A DNA stretch of 64,000 nucleotides from Camelus dromedarius (taxonomy: Eukaryota), in the NCBI RefSeq assembly GCF_036321535.1, contig NC_087441.1:33418001-33482000 (forward strand). Reading direction: 5' to 3'. Positions 53,990-64,000 of this stretch are shown piece after piece. The notes beneath the pieces were generated by a model. The model had not been told where the DNA came from, did not search any database, and was given only the letters and a program-made list of their open reading frames with translations. The position numbers and the translations under genes are program-made. Within the stretch, counting starts at the first letter, position 1; each line of letters begins with the position of its first letter.

Positions 53990-54608
53990 TGTAGAAAAAC
54001 TTTAGTCACAGAATAAATTTAATCAGAGAAATAATAAAACACAGAAACAAAGGGAAATAGTCAAGCAAAACAAAGTAATAACAGTTTAGTCATCAAGCAA
54101 AGGCAAGGACCTTTAGTTTCTCCTCAAGGGCCATACATAATATTCTGAGCCATATCCTTTGGCTAGTCTTAGAGATACTGAAACCCTCACAAGATGGAAG
54201 AAGTTAACTACACGATGACCAGACTGTAGCCATGACATAAGCTGCCACAGGGCTGAGAACTGTCCTCAAAGAAATGGGAACAAACTGATGCTAGAACTGA
54301 ATATTAACTGTACTTTAAAAAATTAAGATGCCATTGTTCAGGCTGCCACATAACTAATTTCAAGATGATTTTTAGAGCTGTCTCTGCTGTCTTAGGTAGC
54401 CCCCTCCCTCTGCCTATACATCCCTGGAATGCCCCTTTAAAAGCTCTTGCCCACTGATCAGTAGAGGGGTGTTGGCCTTTGGACATGAGTTCACCCTCTC
54501 TCCCAGTTGCCAGCCTCTAGAATAAAGAAAACTTTCCTTTCCACCAACACTTGCCTCTTGACTATTGGCTTTCGTGTGGTGAGCAGCTGGACCTGAGTTT
54601 CGGTAACA
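53990..54608 (+). mobile_element. ERV1-type solo LTR (619 bp) inserted in an L2
   Basis: TGTAGAAAAAC...tttaaaagc (TATA-like)...gaataaagaaaactttcc...gagtttcggtaaCA. TSD not resolved. Confidence 0.85.
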
Positions 54609-54689
54609 AGATGATATCCGATGACTTTCAGGATGCTGAGACCATGGACAATATTTAATATTTGTCATGGGCAAATCACGATTACTTGG

Positions 54690-55830
54690 CTTGGCTTCAG
54701 TTCCAACACCACTGAAAAATGCCTAGTGTCTTGAAATTCTCACATCCCTTCACCTTAGTGATGACAGTCACTTCTGGTTTTTCTCCCACCTTTTGATAAA
54801 TTTCAGTCTTCTTTCCGAGTTCTTTTTCTATTAACAGAACATTAAGTAATTGTGATTCCAAAGTTGCCTCCTGGGCCTTCTTTTCTTCTCACTTCACATA
54901 CTTCTGTATTCATTTTTACATTTTGTACTGTCTATGAACTTTGGATACAATTTCAATGAGAACAGTATTACACATAGAGAAGAAGGTGAAAATCTGATTG
55001 CTCTGGTTTGTGGTATGAAAGTCATATGAAGACACAAGTACAGAATAATCCATCAGAAACATGGCTGCAAATGGGAAGACTTCCAAACTCATATCTGCTG
55101 CCCGATCTCCCTCCAGTACTCCAGACTCTAGTGTGCAGCAGCCTATGGGCATCTTCCCTTGGGTGAGCTGGGGGTATCTCAAATGCATCTTGTTCAGTCT
55201 TGAGTCCTCTTTGCCTTCAACTCCTGCCCTCCTCTTGTACTCCCTGTCTCAGCAAATTGCACTGTTATCTATTCCATGGCATTCGCCTGAATTTCAAGCT
55301 TTACTGCTGACACCTGCAGCCTTACTTCCAGTTTACTAAGTCCTAAGTTTCTACTTACTCAGTATCTATAAGCTCTGTTCTCTTTTTTCCAAACACATTG
55401 CCACTGCTTCAGTCTGGGACTTTGCCATTTCTTGCAGAGTTTACTGCAATAAGTTGCCAATTCATTTTTCACAGTGCTGCCGGAGTGATCTTTCTGCAAA
55501 TGCAATCTCATCATGTCAGTCTTCTTTCGAAAGAAGCGTTCATATTCTCTCAGGACTAAATTCAAACTCTTTCACTGGCACATATGGTATTTCAAGATTT
55601 GCCTCCTGCTTACCATACCAACTTGATTTCCTTTGCACTGTACGTTCTAGCCACACTGAGCAACTTGAGTTGTTCATAAATGCCATTCTCTCCTACAGCT
55701 CCCTCCACCTCTAACAGCCCTTGTCCCTGCTCTTCCTTCGGCCTGAAAGGGAACTCTTGTGTTCAACTTGAGAACTCCTCCTGTTTCTTCAACACTCAGC
55801 TTAGACATCAGCTCTTCAGTCTTTGTTTGG
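54690..55830 (+). mobile_element. LINE-2 (continuation of the element starting near 53600)
   Basis: gtgattccaaagttgcctcctgggccttc, ccagactctagtgtgcagc, agtgatctttctgcaaatgcaatctcatcatgtc. Confidence 0.75.
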
Positions 55831-58800
55831 GGTCCTTACTTTATGAGAGAAAACCTTCTTTTTAAAATTTGGATTTAAATTTCATTAAGTTCATAATTAA
55901 GCTAGTTTCATTACACATAAACTAGAAAAATAGAAATTACTGATACTTCAGCCATATACTTACTCTGTCAACATACTCTTACCTATTTTATTTATTTATC
56001 TATTAACCTATCTATCCATTAAAATGTATCTATAATATACATATAAACCTATAATTTTGAAAAATGTTACATACTGTATTATATATGCTGCTGGGAGCCC
56101 ACTCTTTCCTCTAAGCAAAAATGTCATGAAACTCTTTCAATGACAATAAATAGAACTCTTGATCATTTTTGGGGTAATGGTTATATTTTCTCCATTATAT
56201 ATATCAGTATAATTCACTCAATCCCCTATCATTTTCAGGTAGCTTCAATTTTTTTCCATTAAAGACAGCCTATTAAAACATACCTGTTGGTTAAATTATC
56301 TAATTATTTCTTTAGGACATATTTAGAATGGAATTGCTGGCATGGACACTTTAAAAATTTCACATCTTTTGCAAATTTTCATTTAATCCTTCTATAAACA
56401 ATTTCAAACTGTATTTTAAACATAGCCTAAACTAGATAAATCATATCAGAATACTTTTTGAACTACTTTAAAGGTACAGGTTCTTCAAAATGTCTTATAG
56501 TAAAGAAGCTGTCTTAGACAACACCCATTTTTCTGTTGGTTCTGGATGCAATTAGACACAAGGGCTGCTGGACTGGCCAACATGCTCGTGGGACTTCAGG
56601 GAAGCCGTGGAGGGGTGTGAGAAGTTTTAAAAACTGAAACTTGGACTAACCAGTGGTTGTTAAGTAATGGTGAGGAGGGCTATTCCTAGATTTCCTCTTG
56701 TTCTGTTTGTTTTTTCACAACGTAGTGGTTCTCCTGATGTGGCAAAAGGAAGAACTGTGGATAATTTATTTATTTTTTTTTTGGATATTATTTTAGTCAA
56801 GGAGGGACAAGGGTACACGTGGAAAGAAAGCCCCAATGAGGGCATCAGACAGAAAACAAGTGAGAATCATTGGCCTAATGAGAGAGTGCCACTCAGTCCT
56901 CTGGAGGTTTAATAGTCTTTTAAGTAGCCTCTGGTAGACTCAGATGATAGGAGATGAAATAATGAATCAGAGGGCAGTTAAGAAGCAAAGGCAAATTTTA
57001 GGCAGTAAAGAGAAAACGGGAAAAAATAAAAGAAAGAGAAGAAAGGAAATTAAATGTGTAAACTACACAATGAAATCTGGAAATGGATGACCTGCAGAGG
57101 CAGCTAAAATAAAAGACATTGTCATCCTTAAAAAAAATGGAAGCCAAATCCCTTAATACCTCACTCCAGGAGGTCCAATTCTGTGCGGAAATCCAGATGG
57201 GATTTTAAGGTGTTTATCAGCACATTGTCCGCAAATACACAGCTAGAATTTTGCTAAGAGATTAGTGAAGTTTTATTACCTCCTTTCTCAGAAAGACTGA
57301 AATTAGTTTGAGAGTGTGAATGGAGACCAATAAGCGGCAAGTAGGACATTCCCAGGGGCCGGACTGTCTGGCAGGAGGGAAGCAGAGCCCGGCCGGAGGA
57401 GGGCTGAGCTTGCTCGAGGTACGGGGGAACCAGCACCAGATTGCAGATGGAGGTAGGCATTTTGAACTTTAAAACTTGGTGCTTCCATATGTTTAAAGGA
57501 GCAGTTTAGTTTGTTAATGTCTTCCTCTTCTCCTGTTAAAGCAAATATGTTCCCTGTTTTCTCTAACCCCTATTGAACGTGACTCCTCTCATCTGAGGGA
57601 GTTATTGAAGTGCTGACAGAATGCGTCTCTAGAGAGGACTGCAGCCTGCCTTCCACGGGGGGAAGACACTGAAGGAAAGGACTTAACTCCTGAATTTCCA
57701 GCAGCAGGTGAGAATTAAGCCTGCATGGACCATTCCTCCTTCTTCCCTGCTCCTAAGTGTAAAACAGGAGTGTCATTTAGAGTGTGCTCCACGGACCGAG
57801 AATGGTCTCCCCAAGGTGTGACTCTTCATGTTAGATTTAGGATTAAGGGCTTTCTTTTTAAAAAAGCAAATAGGTCTTGAAGTTGCCAGGTAAAACCATC
57901 AGTCCCTTGTAATTAATCCAGCAATCTCAACAGCCTTGAATATAATTTCAGTTCGTTTTCTGCTTTCATGCGCCTGAATTAGAACAATAGATAAGAAAAA
58001 ACCAAGAAAATGAATGAGTGTATCTCTTAGGCGGGTGACTTGAAAGCGGGAAAACAGTCTCCCTCATGGGAAGACATGGGAAACTCTGAGCCCTTTTACA
58101 TTCTTTTGAAGTTAATCTGGTTGATCTTCCCACACAACAGATGAAGACACGAATTCCCAGGAAGCAGACACTTAAAAAGTGATCATTTCTCCCTTTCTGA
58201 ATTCTTTATTAATGTAATAGCAGGAACGACAGAGGCAGAGGATGGGAGTTGGAGGGACAGAAGCACATACAGAATGTGTGAGTTCTGTTCTGGAGAGTTT
58301 TTTTTTTTTAGCACTAAGTATTCTAAACATTTTTTTTTTTTTTTTTACTGCTTTGTCTTTGGGGAATTACAACAGAATGGTTTAATCATCTGGCTTTGGT
58401 ATCTGACGGCCTAGGGCAGCTGTAGCCTTTCTTGTCACTATGTTTCGCCGTGTGTCACCTTTCCCAGACAGCTATAGGATCAGGGTAAGAAAAATTGTTT
58501 CTTTATGCTGTAGATCTAACAAAACCACAGGCTGCTCGCAGCCCATCACATGAATGCCTAGCATTTAAAATCGACCTTAATTAAATGAAGCAGTTGATTA
58601 TAAATGCTAGACACTCAATTTAGAAACTGTGGCTTAAAGAAAGAAACAACATATGACTGTGGACTGTTTCTTTTGCTTGAGAGGAAAAATGTGATGTTAT
58701 GACCAGAATGAAATATTTCCTGAGGGGGTGAGTGAATTCCAATAATTTTTGTGACCCAAAAACATCTTCATAAATGTGAAGCCAAAAAATGGGTATTTAA

Positions 58801-59899
58801 ATGACATTTATATCAATATTTCCATCTCTGAAAGAAGCACAGCCCATTTGAGGACAAGGGCTGCATTTGTAATTCATATACCATTTCGATTATTAAAATA
58901 CTGCAAATAAGGCAGAGAAAATCAAACCGAAGAGTTTTTTTTTTTTTTTTTAACCCTAGATAGAAAAATTTGAAGTATGAGTAGACGATTCCTCTATCTA
59001 GGAAGCGATTGAGAAGATGTATTTGGTGATTGAAATCTGTTTGTAATTACCTCAAACATGTTGTATATGAAGGTTTTGATACCACTTTTTTGGCTTAAGA
59101 AGCTCTGTAGGATCAGACTACCCTGATCTGTTATTTTTCTGATAGTGAAGGTTGGAAGCTACGTTGGAAGGATGCTTCACAGAATGGCCAGTGAGTGCTG
59201 CTATGATGACAGATTAAACTGATGTCTAGATGGAGAGGAAAGAAGTTAGCTGAGGGGCTGTGCAGCATTATCGCAGGGAAAATTTATTACTTCTCCACAC
59301 TGACAGAAATGCAGAGTTTGTACATGCTTCCTTTGCAATATAATTGGATGCGGAACCTTAATAAAGGGTTCATTAGTTCCATCCTGGTCTGTTATATTCA
59401 ATACTTCCGCAGATTACAGTGGTATACAAGTTAAAAATAATATAAATTTACATGCAATTTTTAAAGACATCTTCTTTAAATAGTTAGCATTTTTATTTTA
59501 AATGTCTTGGACACAAAGATTTACTTTGAATAGTATTGCAAAGATTAACATGATTATGATTTTAACTAACATAAAGCCTTTGTCATATGGTGTGATGTAA
59601 GATATTAATAGTCAGGTCAGGTAATTATTTCTTGAATATCTACTAGGTATTATACATGACATCATGTGCTGAAATATAGTAGTGCCAGGTAGAGAAATCT
59701 GTTCTTCTAGAGATTATACTTTAGTAGAAGAAGCCAGACAAAAATACAAATAAAATATGAATGGTCCAATAAATAAATGGGCAAGAGAAAGGTGCACCAC
59801 CTAAAACTGACATAGGAAACCACAGCCTTATTTGCTTCAGGGGTCAGAGGATGAGTTCAGGATCTCCAGAGTGTTGGAAAGGAGAGAGCAACAGTGAAA

Positions 59900-60725
59900 G
59901 ATAACAAAATTTACCTACAAAATTCTTTCCAGTCCTTGGTTTACCCTTTCACTGCACATATGCATATGATGTTCCAAGTTGCCCAGGGAGAAAACAATAG
60001 CTGGAAGGCTAAAAGAACTGAGAAGATATTTTAAAAACAAAGGTAAGGAAATTTGGAGTTCAAATCTAGCCAAGCTTAAGGGGCTTGGTAAATACTCAGA
60101 TGTTCCACATGAAGATTACATCAAGGACTAAGTAATTTCCTTGGATTAGGAGATAAATCAACATAGTCCCACACATAAGATCAACCCCTACAAACTGAAA
60201 ATAATCTGGTAGTCATTTTAACTCCCTGGTAGAAAAGAACTCAGTAATCTTCAGGTGAAATTACAAAATCTTAAGAGTTGACAACATATTATTTACAGTG
60301 TCTAGAATACATCAGGAATTAATAGGCATGTGAAGAAATAGGAAAATGTGAGAAAGAGGAAAATAGAAACAGAGTAGAATATGACCCAGATTTTGGAATT
60401 TTGTAATAAAGAATTAAAACTATTAATAATGTGTTAAAGACACTATACAGAAAGAATTTTATAATAGATGATGAGATGGGAGAATTTCAGGAGAGATTTG
60501 TAAAAAGAACCAAATAGAAACCTTAGGACCAAAAAATACAAATCTGAAATAAAATATTTATTGGATGGGATCAACACACTCTATGTAACAACAGAAGAAA
60601 GGATCATTAAACTTGTAGTTTAATAACATACATAAACAGCACAATATATATGCTATCCAAGTTGAAGCACAGAGAGAATAAAATGGAAAACAATTAAAGA
60701 AAGATTCAATAATGTTTGGGAGAGT
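59900..60725 (+). mobile_element. Old L1 5' region / ORF1 coiled-coil remnant
   Basis: A-rich; gacccagattttggaatt, gagatgggagaatttcaggagaga, cagaagaaaggatcattaaacttg. Confidence 0.65.
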
Positions 60726-61012
60726 ATCACAGACATAGAAAACAAACTTATGGTTACCCAAGAGGAAGAGGGGGAAGTGATACATTAAGAATTTGACATT
60801 AATAGACACACACTACTATATATAAAATAGATGAACAACAAGGACCTACTGTGTAGCACAGGGAACTATATTCAATACGTTGTAATAACCTATAATGGAA
60901 ACAAATCTGAAAATTAATATATATGTATATATATATAAAACTAAATCACTTTGCTGTACACCTGAAACTAAACACAATATTATAAATCAATTATACTTCA
61001 ATAACAAAAAAG
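60726..61012 (+). mobile_element. Artiodactyl-type L1 3' end
   Basis: cacagacatagaaaacaaacttatggttacc...gtgtagcacagggaactatattcaata...ttatacttcaataacaaaaaa. Confidence 0.85.
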
Positions 61013-61049
61013 AGCGAGAAAAACTGTATTTGAGTTGGATATTATTAAA

Positions 61050-61300
61050 GACTCTCCTGAGAGGGTAACATTTAAACTGTGACCTAACTGGCAACAAGGA
61101 ACCGGCAATGTGTAAATCTGGCGACAGTGCTTTCTGGGTATAGGGCTCAGCATATGCAAAGGCCCCAAGGTAGGAAAAAGTCTGGCATCATTTGAGCACC
61201 AGAGAGAAAAATCAGTGGGGTTAGAACTCCTTGAGTCAGTGTGTGGTGGGAGCAGGGTTTGAAAGGGAAGGCAGGAACCAGTTAGGAATTTGAAAGAAAA
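61050..61300 (-). mobile_element. LINE-2 3' fragment
   Basis: cagcatatgcaaaggccccaaggtaggaaaaagtctggc is the reverse complement of an L2 landmark. Confidence 0.7.
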
Positions 61301-64000
61301 CATGCAAGCCTTCTATTAGAATATGAATTTAACCTATAGAAGGATATTAGTGCTTGGTTCTATTAGTCATTGGTAATTTAATTTTTACATATCTGAACAT
61401 AGCTGTGATTTCACTTTATTTTTAGCTAGCATAATTAAAACTAGCAAGTAAACTATTGGGACCTGTATCACTAAGCATTTTGTAAAGTTGTCTGGTTGCC
61501 TAGAATGGCAGGATATAGAGAAAAGATATGGAGAAAGCAAGGAAAGGGAGCACATGACAGAAAGACAGGGCTTGAGAAGACCTGGGTGGGAAGCAAAGCC
61601 CTGCAGAATCTTTACAAGTTGTGTGTGCGTGTGCGTGCGTGTATGAGAGAAGGAGTCGGGGGGAGCCGGCAAGGGGAAAAAGGAAGCATTTTTGAGCATC
61701 TGACATCTCACATACCCCTTCTCCAAGATTTAAAAGTAAAACATACAGAACATTCATGTGGAATTTGAATATGACAATGTCCTTAACCATGAAAGCAAAA
61801 GCACATCCTGTTGCCTCCTTCCCTGAGTATTTCTTCATGGAATACGATCTTATGGAATTGCAAAGCAAAATCTATATTCCATCGAGAAGTGTCTTGAAAC
61901 AGCAGTGCCAAAAAATCAGGAACGCGAACAGTGTTGCGCCTTTTCCTTCCCCTTCTCCCTCATTAACACCCGAAGTAACATGGGAAGTGGGCATGAAGCA
62001 CAGTTTGAGACGTGTGAAGCACCAAGTGTGTCCTTTGGAGTGAGAGTACTTAATAAAGGGAGACAATTCTGGAAAAGCATGTAATCTAGAGCCTGTCTTT
62101 CCTTCGTGACAACATTCCACCATGCCGGAAATTGTGTAAGTAAACATTTAAGCGAGAACTGCCGTATGGGCAGCATGTCCCCAATGTAAGGACGCTCCCT
62201 CAGGGGTGCTGGAACAGAGCACTAAGGGTCTGAATGTCTCAGCAGAAACAGAGTGTAATCTAGGCAGATACATGACCCATGATTGCGGTTTTATTAGTAG
62301 GTGGCGGAGGGGAGGGGGAGGGACAAGTGTCAGAGAACGATTAGGTTTCAGCAGTTGGAATATTTGTGAGTGGAATCAAGCACCACACCCCCAGGGCTTC
62401 TTGTCTCTGTGTCTACTATTACGAGGCAACTTGGGAGCCTTTTCCTCTCATTTTGGGCAACAAAAGTAAAGTTCATCTTGACAATCTCAAAAGTCTTAAG
62501 AGGTACTTTGGGCAAGTGTCTTAGAGAAGGCTGTCTGGTCTCCTGAGAGTCCAGAGCTTAGAAAGCTAGCACCCTGGTGATAATGTGAAATCAGCTAAAA
62601 GCTCAGTTATCATACCCTCATTCTCTTTTAAAATAACACCCATTATTTTAGTTGTGTCTTCACGAAACATTCTGATGGGGAAAGAAGAAGTTGAGGTCAA
62701 GGGCAGGATGCAAAACACAAAGCAGCAAATATCTAGATAGCTCACAAAAATTTAATTTTGTTTTAGACGTGTAGCAGGATAGGGACGGCTTCATAAAGAC
62801 ACAAGGTAGAATCAATTATTGATTTCCCCAGAGCCCCGTAAGAAGACCAATTTAAGAGCTCCCTTTCAGCTCCTGGCCTGATGTGTAATTCAGTTGGAGC
62901 AGCAATCGTAAATCCCACATTTACCACATGTTTTTTTGGTAGCACTATAATTTAATTTAATAACATTAAAGAGAACACTTCAGTTTTTAGAGATTCAAGT
63001 GGTGGTACAGAAGAGGAGGAACTTCTGCAAAGAAATTCGGTTGTCGACCACGGAGGCTGGGATGACCAGGCATGAAGGCTTGTGTATGTTCATATTCGCC
63101 AGCAGGCCTTCCACAGTCTTTCACAGAACATCTTAAGAGGAGTGTGACCTAATCTCAGCCTGGACCTCTTTGGCAGGAATAAAGGCTGGGGAAGATAATT
63201 TAACTGGCGAGACATCAGCGGGTCCTGTGTGACTATATGAAATGGTATCCAAGTCACACAGGCATCTTTTAGGACAGAAGGGCTGTGCAGCAGCTTGATA
63301 AAACCAGGTGCTAAAGTGAGCCAAGAAACAGCAAAACACACATTTCCCCCTTGACTGTTGAGGTGTCTCTGTAAACGCAGTGAAATCACTAAGGGAAGCT
63401 TTAAATATTGTTGAACAAACTGGTCAGGGTCTCATTGGTTAAAGCCACTGGGATTTCAGCACGCTATTTACTGAGCCTCTATTCCTTCTCACAGAAAGGA
63501 AGAGGAGCAGGTTATTTCTACTGCAACCTGCCTTGATTGCATTTTCCTATGCTCAGGTCATTTGCAAAGAATGGTAAATGTTTCCGTGAGATCCGAATAT
63601 CCAAATATTTATGAAAATAATAATGATTGTAGTTTGTACTTCTACAGCAGCTGCCATCTGAGGTACTCAGACATTATTTCATTACCTTTAAAAATATTAT
63701 CTGGAGGTTGGTTAAGTGGAAACTATATATTTACATTTTATCCCTCGTGGAACTCAGTTAAAGGATATGCCAGAAAGTTGCAAGCATTTAGGCAAACTTG
63801 TGATAAGTGTCTTTAATGCTGAATTTCACCTTGAAGTAATAAAAATCAAGAGAATAAATAAAGTTTTTTTGCATTAACATTTAATTGATAGAATTTTTCC
63901 TTAGTCTGCTTTACTCCTCTCAACCCGATTTCCTCCTGCCTGTTTGACTCCAGGGTAAACGAAATAAAAGAATCCATTTGCAGTCAACTTTCAAGTGATA

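Noticed and set aside
62990-63389. Exon-like segment with acceptor ttttag, frame GTEEEELLQRNSVVDHGGWDDQA*, and opposite-strand CSVKDCGR
   Set aside because: No match to any protein I recognise; the zinc-finger spacing is not completed; short frames on both strands.

Overview
Mammalian, AT-rich, repeat-rich genomic DNA with two N gaps. It is very probably a camelid, because it carries two copies of a tRNA-derived SINE that I recognise as camelid-type. The only protein-coding gene I can support is the 3' end of NKAIN2 on the minus strand. Its last three exons (34447-34507, 14215-14296, 10012-10021) splice in frame through canonical GT-AG sites to [50 protein letters not shown], followed by a ~2.5 kb 3'UTR with a plausible poly(A) signal at 7556-7561. 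Positions 34508-64000 are part of the long upstream intron. Downstream of the gene lies a 4 kb, internally deleted class I (gamma-like) provirus at 1768-5731, with both LTRs, a 4-bp TSD, a tRNA-His-like PBS, two NC zinc knuckles and gag/pol/env remnants. The rest is L1, L2, MIR, MaLR/ERV solo LTRs, DNA-transposon MITEs and microsatellites; subfamily names and most repeat boundaries come from remembered consensus sequences and are approximate. Nearly all supplied ORFs are spurious or repeat-derived. I found no evidence of a new multi-gene system. The best leads are a near-perfect 26-bp hairpin on the NKAIN2 sense strand (58551-58617), an orphan CpG island apparently built on an ancient L2 in intron 5, and a splice donor whose read-through (AT|G TAA) would give an almost full-length NKAIN2 with a different 3' end.
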